Shown here piece after piece: positions 23,065 to 32,330 of a stretch of DNA of 64,000 nucleotides. The stretch covers positions 988-64,987 of the forward strand of contig JBDIBA010000002.1 in assembly GCA_039812705.1 (NCBI GenBank), written 5' to 3'. The notes beneath the pieces are model-generated. The model saw nothing but the letters and a program-made list of their open reading frames with translations, made no database searches and was not told the origin of the DNA. The DNA is from Acidimicrobiia bacterium (GTDB taxonomy: Bacteria; Actinomycetota; Acidimicrobiia; Acidimicrobiales; JBBSGY01). The translations under genes and the position numbers were made by a program. How positions within the stretch are numbered: the stretch's first letter is position 1; every line of letters starts with the position of its first letter.

Positions 23065-25191
23065 TTGGTCCGTGGACGTGCCCAGATGACGGATAACCAG
23101 GCCGTTGTGAAAGACCCTCACACCCAAACGACCATTGGCATGTTCCGCGCGCCTAGCGCGGTGTTCACCGTGGCGACCGCAGTCGTCGGCGCCGCCAACT
23201 TTGCCTACCACCCGCTTGTTTCGCACAAGCTCAGTTCAGACGAGTATGGGGCGCTTGGCGCACTGCTGGGCGTTTTGATGGTGCTTGCTGTCCCGGTGGC
23301 GGCAATGCAGATCATCGTTGCGCGCGATATTTCCGAAGAACGGCGCCATACGGACAAGCACGTCAGCGTTCGAAAGATCTTTGTGCATTCGGTGCTCATT
23401 GCGCTTGCTGTTTCCGTCGTTGCTGCGTTGTCGTTGCCATTGGTTGAAGAAGTGTTCGCGTTGCCGTCAACTTCTGCCGGCGTGTTGCTTGCGCTGACCA
23501 TCTTCCCGACGATCATCCAAGTTGTTCCCATTGCGCTGCTGCTCAGTCGGTCGAACTATTTGGCTGCCTCGCTGATCATTCTGTTCGGCGCGGCCGTACG
23601 ACTCGCAAGCGCTCAACTGCTTGCAGATTCACATGGTTTGACCGGTGCAATGGCGGCGAACCTCTTTGGTGCTACTTCGATTGCGCTGTTGTCGTTGCTG
23701 GTTGCGTGGATTGTCGCTCCGCGTGTCAGCACCATTCGTCGAGCCGAAGCCCATCAGCCGAATTTGGAGCTGAAGGGCGCGGCCGTAATCGTCATTGGCC
23801 TGACGGGTTTTTGGGCTCTGCACGCGGTGCACCCAATGGTTGCAAGGTTCTTTCTGGACGGAGCAGATTCCGGCAACTATGTGGCTGCTGCAACACTTGG
23901 CCAACTGAGCGTCTTTGTTCCCGCGTTGGTTGCAATGCGGGTGTTTCCGGCGATGGTGAAAGAGCGAGGGAGGGGGCCTGCGGCTCGCGCGCAACTGGTC
24001 AAGGCCATTGCCTTTGTTACACCGCTGGCTATCCTGTTGGCGCTTGCCACGACTGTGTTTGGCAAAGATCTGACCCGTTTCGTTTTGGGCTCGAACTTCA
24101 CTCCGTCGACAACCGTCCTTGGGTTTGTTTCATTTGCGTCAGCAATCGCTGCAGTTGTCTACCTGGTTGTGTACTTCTTTCTTGCAGGCAGTTCGCGCGC
24201 AGGTGGCGTTGTTGCTTGGAGTGCCGTCCTTGCGTTTTGCTTGATGTCGCTTTGGGTGCACTCGTCAGCCGAACAGATTGCTCGGCTGGCCTTTGCGGCC
24301 ACTGCCATTGCAGGCGTGACGCTCTTGGTGCTTGCATTCACAAAAGGGCGCAGTCCAATTCGAGTTGCGCCCCCAACAAGTGACAACTTGTGGCGCGAGG
24401 ACAGCGAAACGCTTGACCTGACAATGGTCGTTCCCTTCTACAACCCCGGTCCAGGTTTCGTGCAGAACATCAAGGAGTTGGCCGAGACTCTCGACAAGGC
24501 CGACCTTGCCTACGAGATAATTGCTGTTTCCGATGGCTCAACTGACAACAGTGCTGATGCTTTGGAGAAGCTCAGTCATGAACACGTTCGTCTTGTCCGC
24601 CAGGCGCGTAACGCCGGCAAGGGTCAAGCTTTGCGAGTTGGCCTCGAGATGGGCCGTGGCCACTACCTCGGTTTCATTGATGCCGATGGAGACATCGCGC
24701 CTGAAGTTGTGGCCAGCTACCTGGTGCTGATGAGCACTTACGAGCCGGACATCATCTTTGGGTCAAAGCGCCACCCGATGTCGCAGGTTGAGTATCCGGC
24801 GCTGCGGCGTCTTTACAGTTTTGGCTATCAGCAGATAATTCGCTGGTTGTTCCGGGTTGATGTTCGCGACACGCAGGTTGGGCTCAAGCTTGTTCGTCGC
24901 GATGTACTTGCTGCCGTCCTGCCTCGCATGCTGGAAAAGCGTTTCGCGTTCGACCTAGAGCTTTTCGTTGTAAGCCGTCACGTGGGTTACAGGCGTGTCT
25001 TTGAGGCGCCGGTGGTCATCAAGCACGGTTTCACAAGCACGGTCTCGTGGAGATCCGTGCGTGGTGTGTTTCTCGACACGGCCGCGATCTTTTATCGCCT
25101 GCACCTGCTGCACTTCTACGACGAGCCACAAACGGTCGACGTCGATGGCCAACCCGTCGTCACCCGCTCCACCCCCATGTCTTCCCACTGA
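23065..25191 (+). CDS. fusion protein: N-terminal flippase-like polytopic domain plus C-terminal family 2 glycosyltransferase
   Basis: 708 aa. Residues 1 to about 430 are polytopic and include HKLSSDEYGALGALLGVLMV. The C-terminal domain reads LTMVVPFYNPGPGF...YEIIAVSDGSTDNS...GFIDADGD, which is GT2 of the Dpm1/polyprenyl-phosphate glycosyltransferase type. Confidence 0.75.
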   Translation: MVRGRAQMTDNQAVVKDPHTQTTIGMFRAPSAVFTVATAVVGAANFAYHPLVSHKLSSDEYGALGALLGVLMVLAVPVAAMQIIVARDISEERRHTDKHVSVRKIFVHSVLIALAVSVVAALSLPLVEEVFALPSTSAGVLLALTIFPTIIQVVPIALLLSRSNYLAASLIILFGAAVRLASAQLLADSHGLTGAMAANLFGATSIALLSLLVAWIVAPRVSTIRRAEAHQPNLELKGAAVIVIGLTGFWALHAVHPMVARFFLDGADSGNYVAAATLGQLSVFVPALVAMRVFPAMVKERGRGPAARAQLVKAIAFVTPLAILLALATTVFGKDLTRFVLGSNFTPSTTVLGFVSFASAIAAVVYLVVYFFLAGSSRAGGVVAWSAVLAFCLMSLWVHSSAEQIARLAFAATAIAGVTLLVLAFTKGRSPIRVAPPTSDNLWREDSETLDLTMVVPFYNPGPGFVQNIKELAETLDKADLAYEIIAVSDGSTDNSADALEKLSHEHVRLVRQARNAGKGQALRVGLEMGRGHYLGFIDADGDIAPEVVASYLVLMSTYEPDIIFGSKRHPMSQVEYPALRRLYSFGYQQIIRWLFRVDVRDTQVGLKLVRRDVLAAVLPRMLEKRFAFDLELFVVSRHVGYRRVFEAPVVIKHGFTSTVSWRSVRGVFLDTAAIFYRLHLLHFYDEPQTVDVDGQPVVTRSTPMSSH

Positions 25192-25294
25192 TTCTGTCTT
25201 CCCATTGACCTTATGGACCTTCGGGCGACCCGCGACCTGGGCTTTTGTGTCCGGACGCGTCCGTAAGGTCAACGAGAAGCAAAAAGAGGGGGGA

Positions 25295-25371
<77 letters not shown>

Positions 25372-25685
25372 AAAGAGTCGCCCGTCGGCCAGTGCAGTCC
25401 ATGCTCACCTTCCAAAAAAGGCGCTGGATTGCTAGGCAGTTGTGACGGTCGCAGAAGACTACTACTGCGCCTATCGCTGGTGGTTCCCAACACGCAAAGT
25501 GGTAATTGTGCCGGCCGAGAATGAACGTCATTAGCGATCATTAGCGTCACTTACGATCATCGCAAAAACTAGCGATGACCTGCGTATTTGTGTTGTGGAA
25601 GTTATTGAAAAAGTTTGCTTCAAAGTCTTGTCACTCGGTCAAGCGATCGTTAGGGTGCCCGCGCTATCTCCCGAGAAAGGCCACT

Positions 25686-25952
25686 ATGAGCGCACAAGAC
25701 ATTGACAACGCCTGGCAAGTTAAGGCTGCTTGTCGCGGACCTCGTGCAGATCTCTTCTTTCCTCCAAACCACTTCGAAAAGAAGGTGGAGAAGGAAGCGC
25801 GCGAGCGTCAAGCAAAGAGCATCTGTGCCACGTGTTCAGTCAGTTCACAGTGCTTGGATTACGCGCTCCGTATTCGTGAACCTCACGGAGTATGGGGTGG
25901 GCTTAATGAAGCAGAGCGCCGCAGCATGCTGACAGAAGAAGCCGCCAGCTAA
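25686..25952 (+). CDS. WhiB-family transcriptional regulator
   Basis: 88 aa starting at MSAQD. Has the four Cys (C..., CATC, C) and CLDYALRIREPHGVWGGLNEAERRSM (the GVWGG turn plus a basic tail). The longer listed ORF (25575) is probably an over-extension. Confidence 0.9.
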   Translation: MSAQDIDNAWQVKAACRGPRADLFFPPNHFEKKVEKEARERQAKSICATCSVSSQCLDYALRIREPHGVWGGLNEAERRSMLTEEAAS

Positions 25953-26016
25953 CTGCCGAGTTTCAGGCACAAAATCAAATAACAACTTTCATGGCCGACA
26001 CCATCTGGGCAACCCG

Positions 26017-28287
26017 GTGGTGGTCGGCCATGAAAGAATCACCCCCGTGGTGCAAATCATCAAGAAATTCTTCCGCGGCTTTTCTTTCGTGACGCTGTGT
26101 GTGTTGTTAGTTCCGGCAACGGTTTTTGTCTGCGTTTTGGGGGCGTTCATCTTCCTCCCGCTGCCTGCGACGTTGCCAACGCCAAAGGACTCGCTGCCCT
26201 CGCAGGCAAGCAAGATTTTCGATATCAACGGCCAGGAGATCGCCACCTTTCGCACGTTTGAGCAAAACGTTCCGTTTGCGAAAGAAGACATCCCGGAGAT
26301 TTTCCGCCATGCCCTTATCTCGTCAGAGGACCGCAACTTTTACAACCACGCGGGCGTTGATGTGCGCGGTAGTACGCGCGCGCTGTGGGCAGACATTCGC
26401 AACCAACAGGGTGTTCAAGGCGGTTCAACGCTCACTCAGCAGTACGTGAAGAACGCCTACCTCACCCGCGAACGCACAATCTCCCGCAAGATCAAAGAAG
26501 CGATCATCGCCAGTCAGGTTGACCGTCAGGTGGACAAGGACGAGATCATGTATCGCTACTTGGACAACACCTATTTCGGCAACGGTTGCTATGGGTTGGG
26601 TGCTGCGGCTCAGAGCTATTTCCGCAAGCCGGTTAAGGACTTGACCCTGTCGGAATCCGCTGCTTTGGTGGGGCTGATCCCGTCGCCAAGCACTTGGGAT
26701 CCGCGAAACCACCCGGCAGACAACGAGATCCGTCGCAAATCCGTTCTCAGTCAGATGAAGCAGCTCGGTTACATCAATGAGCAGCAATACAACGACGCGG
26801 TTGCTCAGCAGGTTTGGGTAATGGAGTCTCAGGGCGAGCCCACGGGGCCTGCGACCAAGGTATTTGGTTTTGAGAAGGTGGCCACCAAGTACCCGTACTT
26901 TGTTGACTACGTACGCAAGTACTTGACCGTTCAGTACGGCGAGCAAGCGGTTCTTGGTGGAGGCTTCCGTGTCCAGACCACGCTTGACCCGAAGCTGCAA
27001 GAAGAGGCCGAGCGTTCGGTCAGTAAGACGCTTTCGGGCACTAAAGACCCGCTCAGCATGTCGCTTGTATCTGTCGAGCCTCCAACTGGGTTTGTCCGTG
27101 CGATGGTGGGCGGACGCGACTGGGAGCAGTCGCAGCTGAACTTGGCTCTCGGCGGTTGCCCAGCCAACCCGTTCCCGGACGCTCGACTCAACTATGAGGT
27201 GCAGTCCAAGCCCAGCTGTTGGACCAGTCCGGTAGCAGGCTCCGGCGGTACTGGCCGTCAGCCCGGTTCATCGTTCAAGCCGTTTGTGCTGGCCGCTGCC
27301 TATGAAGAGGGCATGCAGCCGTCTAAGACCTACCGGGCCACCAAGACCTATTCGGCACCGGGGTGTCGAATCGCGGCTTGCGTCATTGGCAACAACGAAG
27401 GCGAAGCATTTGGTTCGTCGACCATCAAAGAGGCAATGGCGCACTCCATCAATACGGTTTACGCACCGCTGTCTCTTGATGTCGGAAACGTCCAGGTGTC
27501 AGAAATGGCTAAGAAGCTGGGTGTGACCTCTGCCATTTATGCAAAGGGATTCCACCAGGCAAACGGTAACTACAGCCTCGGTGTTATTGATGCGTCACCT
27601 CTCGACATGGCTGCGTCTTATGGCGTGTTTGCTAATGGAGGACTCCGCCAAACTGTCACCCCGGTCGTCAAGATTGTTGACACGACCGGCAAGGTGATTG
27701 AGGACAACACGTCTCGCAAGGGCCAGCAGGTCATTGACAAGGCCGTTGCTGACAACGTCACCGACGCACTCAAGGGTGTAATTGACCACGGTACGGCAGC
27801 AAACTCGGCAAATATTGGCCGCCCTGCTGCTGGTAAGACCGGCACGACGAACGACTTCGTCGACGCTTGGTTTGTTGGTTACACGCCAACGCTTTCCACC
27901 TCGGTCTGGATGGGTTACCGCGACGGCAACCGCACAATTAACTACCGGGGCAGCAATCGTGTTTACGGTGGTGGACCGCCTGCTCAAACATGGGCTGCGT
28001 TCATGAAGTCTGCGCTGGCTGACGTTCCTGTTACCGACTTTTCCGAACCGGCTCCGATCAAGAAGCCTGAGTCCGACGTGTTGACCCCAGCGGGTCCGAA
28101 GCTGATTACGACTTTCTCGCCAAAGACGGTTCGCACCCCGATTCAGACTCCGACGGGTGATTTCTCAAATGACCAGTCGGGCCCACCTGCGGTTTCGGCT
28201 CCGTCGGGTTCGAGCGGATCTTCGGGCGGCTCGACAACCACGTCTACGTCGACCTCCACAACAACTACGACAACCCGCCCTCGCTAG
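26017..28287 (+). CDS. class A penicillin-binding protein (glycosyltransferase GT51 plus transpeptidase)
   Basis: 756 aa. GT51 motifs are SSEDRNFYNHAGVD and GGSTLTQQYVKN. Transpeptidase motifs are SSFKPF (SxxK), a candidate SxN motif at HSINTV, and KTGTT. The tail is Ser/Thr-rich. The start is uncertain; GTG 26044 is an alternative (see the hairpin finding). Confidence 0.9.
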   Translation: MVVGHERITPVVQIIKKFFRGFSFVTLCVLLVPATVFVCVLGAFIFLPLPATLPTPKDSLPSQASKIFDINGQEIATFRTFEQNVPFAKEDIPEIFRHALISSEDRNFYNHAGVDVRGSTRALWADIRNQQGVQGGSTLTQQYVKNAYLTRERTISRKIKEAIIASQVDRQVDKDEIMYRYLDNTYFGNGCYGLGAAAQSYFRKPVKDLTLSESAALVGLIPSPSTWDPRNHPADNEIRRKSVLSQMKQLGYINEQQYNDAVAQQVWVMESQGEPTGPATKVFGFEKVATKYPYFVDYVRKYLTVQYGEQAVLGGGFRVQTTLDPKLQEEAERSVSKTLSGTKDPLSMSLVSVEPPTGFVRAMVGGRDWEQSQLNLALGGCPANPFPDARLNYEVQSKPSCWTSPVAGSGGTGRQPGSSFKPFVLAAAYEEGMQPSKTYRATKTYSAPGCRIAACVIGNNEGEAFGSSTIKEAMAHSINTVYAPLSLDVGNVQVSEMAKKLGVTSAIYAKGFHQANGNYSLGVIDASPLDMAASYGVFANGGLRQTVTPVVKIVDTTGKVIEDNTSRKGQQVIDKAVADNVTDALKGVIDHGTAANSANIGRPAAGKTGTTNDFVDAWFVGYTPTLSTSVWMGYRDGNRTINYRGSNRVYGGGPPAQTWAAFMKSALADVPVTDFSEPAPIKKPESDVLTPAGPKLITTFSPKTVRTPIQTPTGDFSNDQSGPPAVSAPSGSSGSSGGSTTTSTSTSTTTTTTRPR

Positions 28288-28446
28288 TCGCCCAAGTCAA
28301 GCGATTGGCGGCCACGGGCGTCAGCCGCTGAAGGTAAAGCGGGGTGAAGAAGCCCGGTCCAGTGGTTGCTTAGGCAGGCTTGTCCGTGCGCCATGACGTC
28401 ACTTCCCATGAGAAGTGGAACCACGGTCTCGCAATGGAGAGCCCTA

Positions 28447-28474
28447 CGCGCGCAACCTGCTCAGGTTGCGCGCG
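28447..28474. terminator. perfect 12-bp GC-rich hairpin between convergent genes
   Basis: The sequence is cgcgcgcaacct-gctc-aggttgcgcgcg. It lies 7 nt beyond the stop of the minus-strand gene at 28481 and about 160 nt after the PBP stop. Neither side has a clear U-tract. Confidence 0.45.
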
Positions 28475-28480
28475 GTTAGG

Positions 28481-29572
28481 TCAGCGAGTGCGAGCGCCCG
28501 ATGCCGAGTTGTTGTCGTTCGGGCAGGTGAGGAGCTTGGAGCACGTGTCGCGGACGGGCAGCGAGAACGTAATGCCTTCTGGAGAGGCGAACCCAAGAGG
28601 GGAGAACGTCATGGAAGTGGTTCCAACGACTCTTCCTTCGGAATCCAGCAGCGGTCCGCCGCGGTATGCAACGCCGAGTGGTGCGCTGTGCTGAATAACA
28701 CCAGATGAAGCGTCGTTCACATATCCCTGACTGACGCTTGCACCGGCTCCACCAAGGCCCGATGCAGCAAAGACGCGGTCGCCGACGCGCGGGAGCTTGC
28801 CGTCTGGCACGAACTTGAGAGCTGGAATGTTGCCCTTATCGATGCTGATAACAGCCAAGTCTTGGTCTTCAACCCAGTTCAGAAGCTTGGCGTTGATCTT
28901 TTCGTTGCCCTTGGTGAGCTGCAGCCCGGGGCCAGGAGCCGCGGTTGATGCTTGGACCACCGAGTAGGAGGTCACCAACAGCGAGTTTTTCTCACTGGAC
29001 TGAACAACAAAGGCCGAACCCACCGAAGGCGCGCCCTTGGAGTCCTGCGTTTGAACGAACCACACGGAGTCCTTGACCCTGTCGGCCATCTGACCGAACG
29101 TGACACCGCCGCCGCTAGCCTGGATGAGCGGAGCAAGTTCCTGCTGGATGCTTGCCTGAGCATTCTGCTTCTCGTTGTCGATGCTGTCGCTGGCAGTACG
29201 GTAACGCTCGTCGAAACCCTTGATATAGCTGTCGACCTTCTTGGTCGTTTGTGTCTGCTGGTACTGGTAAAAGGCGTAAAACGCGACACCTGCAATGGAA
29301 GCGCCCATGGAGAACGCGAGGACCATGGCGACTAGGCCCACAACAGAACGCGGCAGCAGCCACTCGCGAATGTTGGTGACCTTGCGTCGACCCGTTGGCT
29401 TAGGGGGAGTGTTGTCGCTTGACGAATTGCCGACGTCTGACGAAGCGTCCTTTGTCGGAGTCGCCTGCGTTTCGTCGCTTTCCTCGGCGATTACTTGTGG
29501 CTCGTCTGCCATGTTGTCCTGATTTCTTCGAAAACGTCGGGAAAGCTTGGAGTCGGTGTCTGTAATCGGCAC
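28481..29572 (-). CDS. membrane-anchored trypsin-fold (HtrA/S1C-like) protein lacking catalytic His and Ser
   Basis: 363 aa with a TM segment (VVGLVAMVLAFSMGASIAGVAFYAF). The S1C-like blocks read GSAFVV...LLVTSYSVV (where TNxHV is expected), DLAVISI (Asp kept) and IQHSAPLGVAYRGGPLLD (where GNSGGPL is expected). No PDZ domain is evident. Confidence 0.7.
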   Translation of the reverse strand: MPITDTDSKLSRRFRRNQDNMADEPQVIAEESDETQATPTKDASSDVGNSSSDNTPPKPTGRRKVTNIREWLLPRSVVGLVAMVLAFSMGASIAGVAFYAFYQYQQTQTTKKVDSYIKGFDERYRTASDSIDNEKQNAQASIQQELAPLIQASGGGVTFGQMADRVKDSVWFVQTQDSKGAPSVGSAFVVQSSEKNSLLVTSYSVVQASTAAPGPGLQLTKGNEKINAKLLNWVEDQDLAVISIDKGNIPALKFVPDGKLPRVGDRVFAASGLGGAGASVSQGYVNDASSGVIQHSAPLGVAYRGGPLLDSEGRVVGTTSMTFSPLGFASPEGITFSLPVRDTCSKLLTCPNDNNSASGARTR

Positions 29573-29597
29573 GCATGCAGGCTAGTCGCGCCGAGCA

Positions 29598-29993
29598 TTG
29601 GCCAGACGCCTACGATCATCGCCAGTGTCATCTTTCCTGCACGATTATTACTTTGTTGGCCTTTCAGCCGCCGCCGGAGCGTTGATTGGTTTTGCAGGGC
29701 TGTTCGCGGGGCGCTTCGTCAGGCCTAAATCCCGAGTTCAAGATGACAATCAAGTTTATGAATCCGGCGCCGACCCGGTGGAATCCACTGCGTGGCAGCA
29801 GCCAAACATTCGCTACTACCTAATCGCGCTGCTGTTTTTGATCTTTGACGTAGAGATCGCCTTTGTCATTCCGTGGGCTGTTCAGGCCGAGGGTTTCGGG
29901 AACTTCGGCTTGATTGAAATAGGTGTCTTTGTTCTCGTCCTGTTGCTGGGTCTTGTGTATGCGTGGCGCAAGGGAGACCTGGAATGGCGTTAG
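29598..29993 (+). CDS. nuoA: NADH-quinone oxidoreductase subunit A
   Basis: Contains YESGADP...[25 protein letters not shown]. The start is uncertain (TTG 29598 or GTG 29625). Confidence 0.9.
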   Translation: MARRLRSSPVSSFLHDYYFVGLSAAAGALIGFAGLFAGRFVRPKSRVQDDNQVYESGADPVESTAWQQPNIRYYLIALLFLIFDVEIAFVIPWAVQAEGFGNFGLIEIGVFVLVLLLGLVYAWRKGDLEWR

Positions 29994-30481
29994 TTGCATC
30001 GATGCAGTCATCGCTTGCGAAGGTTCTCAATTACGGACGCAGTTATTCCATGTGGGTTTACCAGTGGGGCCTCGCGTGCTGTGCGCTGGAGATGGGCGCC
30101 GCGTTTGCCGGCCCTCGCTATGACGTCATGCGCTTGGGTGTCATTCCGTTTCCCGCGTCGCCGCGCCAGGCAGACCTCCTCGTCGTTTCCGGAACAGTTA
30201 CGGACAAAATGGCGCCCAGCATCCGGCGTCTCTACGACCAGATGCCACACCCCAAGTACGTCATTTCCATGGGCAGCTGCGCGAACTCGGGCGGGCCCTA
30301 TTGGGATTCGTACTCTGTAACCAAGGGTGTCGACCAGATCATCCCCGTTGATGTTTATGTCCCGGGTTGTCCGCCCCGGCCCGAGGCCCTCCTTGATGGC
30401 TTGGTCTTGCTGCAGAAGTTGATTCGCAATGGCGATGATCCTCAGCGCGGCATTGGAGCCCCGGTGGTGGTGGGTCAATGA
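29984..30481 (+). CDS. nuoB: NADH-quinone oxidoreductase subunit B
   Basis: Contains the N2 cluster ligand motifs [20 protein letters not shown] and [11 protein letters not shown]. The chosen start is MALVAS, overlapping the nuoA end. Confidence 0.95.
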   Translation: MALVASMQSSLAKVLNYGRSYSMWVYQWGLACCALEMGAAFAGPRYDVMRLGVIPFPASPRQADLLVVSGTVTDKMAPSIRRLYDQMPHPKYVISMGSCANSGGPYWDSYSVTKGVDQIIPVDVYVPGCPPRPEALLDGLVLLQKLIRNGDDPQRGIGAPVVVGQ

Positions 30482-31155
30482 CCGAAGATCAGGCGCCAGT
30501 CGAATCTCCCAGTGAAGACCAGCTGAAGGCAGACGCTGCACTTGCCAGTTTTTCGCGGGCGTTGAGCGAGTTGGTCGGTGCTGATGCCGTGCTTGCGTCA
30601 GAGAGTTCCGGGGACGTGCATTGGGTTCGTGTGTCAATCGACCATTGGCATGCGGCTGCCGGCGCTGCGCGCGACGCCGGTTTTCTCTATTTCTCATTTC
30701 TTTCCGCGATGGACTGGTTGCCTAATCCTGAACTGAACGGGGAGAAGGTGTTTGACCCCGCTCACGAGCCCAAGGCGCAAGTGGTCGTCACCGACCAAGT
30801 CGTGCGTCGCGCCGGGGGAGGTTCGCGATTTCAGGTCATTGCAAGGGTTGCGAACCCCGACACCAATGCGGCTTTGATTCTCACTGCGGACTTGGCCGAC
30901 GATTTGACCGCTCCAACTTGGACGCACGTCTACGCCGGTGCAGATTGGCACGAACGTGAAACCAAAGAAATGTTCGGCATTGACTTTGCGGGTCACGGTG
31001 GCTTGCGTCCGATCTATTTGAGCGCGGAGTTCGTTGGTCACCCTTTGCGCAAGGACTTTGCGCTCGCTTCGCGAATCGTCAAACCATGGCCGGGTCTGGT
31101 TGACATGGAGGAAATGCCCAAGGTCGAGAATGACGAACAGGGGTCAGATCAGTGA
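30478..31155 (+). CDS. nuoC: NADH-quinone oxidoreductase subunit C
   Basis: 225 aa. Contains [17 protein letters not shown] and the LR(K/R)DF-type motif (HPLRKDF). The start overlaps the nuoB stop. Confidence 0.9.
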   Translation: MTEDQAPVESPSEDQLKADAALASFSRALSELVGADAVLASESSGDVHWVRVSIDHWHAAAGAARDAGFLYFSFLSAMDWLPNPELNGEKVFDPAHEPKAQVVVTDQVVRRAGGGSRFQVIARVANPDTNAALILTADLADDLTAPTWTHVYAGADWHERETKEMFGIDFAGHGGLRPIYLSAEFVGHPLRKDFALASRIVKPWPGLVDMEEMPKVENDEQGSDQ

Positions 31156-32330
31156 AGGCCGGTTACGACGAGCGACGCGCGGCTGATTACATGAATAGCC
31201 AACTGGTCGATGGCCGAGTCAACCTCGAGCTGGTCGATGACGATGGCATGGTTCTAAACCTGGGTCCGCAACACCCCGCTACTCATGGAACGCTTCGCAT
31301 TGTCGTAAAGCTTGACGGCGAGCGCGTTGTTTGGGCCGAGCCGGTGTGCGGTTACATGCATCGCGGTTACGAAAAGCTTGCAGAAGTGCGTACCTACCCG
31401 CAGGTGAACACATTGCTGAACCGCATTGATTGGTTGGGCAGTTTTTGCAACGAGGTTCCGTTCATCCAAGCAGTTGAGCAGTTGTTGGAAGTCGAAGCTC
31501 CAGAGCGTGCGCAATGGATTCGTACGGTGTTGTTCGAGCTCGGCCGAATTGCAAACCTGATGGTCTTCCTTGGTGACATGGGCATGCAATTGGGTGCAAT
31601 TACGCCGCCGTTCTTGGCGTTTCGCGACCGCGAACATGTGCTCGACCTCATTGAAAGTGCAACTGGTGGTCGCTTCCATCCGTATTACAACCGCGTTGGC
31701 GGAATCAAAGAAGACCTGCCAAAGGGTTGGATTGCCGATGTGCTTGCAACAATGCCGCGCGTTCGCCGCTTCTGCGACGAGATGGAAGAGATGCTCGCGA
31801 ACAACGAGATCTTTAGAAGTCGAACCCGTGGCGTCGGCGTAATCCGCAAAGACCTTGCACTTTCCTACGGTATGTCCGGTGCAAATGCGCGGGCGAGTGG
31901 AATTGATTGGGATTTACGCCGCGACACGCCAAGTCCAATGGCATGGAAACACGCGAAGTTCAACGTCGCGGTAAGTGCCGATGCAGATTCCTTTGCGCGC
32001 TACTGGGTTCGCCTTGTTGAGGTCCGCGAATCGACGTCAATCATCGAGCAGCTGTTGACAAACCTGCCGGCGGGGCCAATTCAGGCCAAGGTGCGCAAGA
32101 TCATCAAGGTTCCGCCAGGTGCGACTTACGTCGAGACCGAAAACCCCCTTGGCCAGATGGGTTATTACGTGGTTAGTAACGATGGCTTGTCGCCGTATCG
32201 GGTCAAGATCCGCACGCCTTCGTTTAACAACATCTCGGTGTTGCCCGCCGTTTTGCCGGGCGAGAACGTCAGCGACTTGATCACCATCATTTCGTCTCTG
32301 TATTTCATTCTCGGAGACGTTGACAAGTGA
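31152..32330 (+). CDS. nuoD: NADH-quinone oxidoreductase subunit D
   Basis: 392 aa. Contains LNLGPQHPATHGTLRIV, GYMHRGYEKL and a C-terminus ending SLYFILGDVDK. GTGA overlap with nuoC. Confidence 0.95.
   Translation: MKAGYDERRAADYMNSQLVDGRVNLELVDDDGMVLNLGPQHPATHGTLRIVVKLDGERVVWAEPVCGYMHRGYEKLAEVRTYPQVNTLLNRIDWLGSFCNEVPFIQAVEQLLEVEAPERAQWIRTVLFELGRIANLMVFLGDMGMQLGAITPPFLAFRDREHVLDLIESATGGRFHPYYNRVGGIKEDLPKGWIADVLATMPRVRRFCDEMEEMLANNEIFRSRTRGVGVIRKDLALSYGMSGANARASGIDWDLRRDTPSPMAWKHAKFNVAVSADADSFARYWVRLVEVRESTSIIEQLLTNLPAGPIQAKVRKIIKVPPGATYVETENPLGQMGYYVVSNDGLSPYRVKIRTPSFNNISVLPAVLPGENVSDLITIISSLYFILGDVDK

Noticed and set aside
25575-25685. Upstream 37-codon extension of the whiB ORF
   Set aside because: The extension (MTCVFVLWKLLKKFASKSCHSVKRSLGCPRYLPRKAT) lies in the AT-rich repeat-bearing promoter region. 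WhiB proteins typically start shortly before the first Cys, so the Met at 25686 gives a normal 88-aa product.
30008-30697. 229-aa minus-strand ORF, and similar long antisense ORFs at 36020-36670, 39587-40249, 17041-17790, 61459-61989 and 20840-21421
   Set aside because: Each is antisense to a gene with strong motif support (nuoB/C, nuoL, the methyltransferase, the GT-B gene, rplL, asd). All show the Arg/Ser/Pro/Cys-rich composition of shadow frames in GC-rich DNA.
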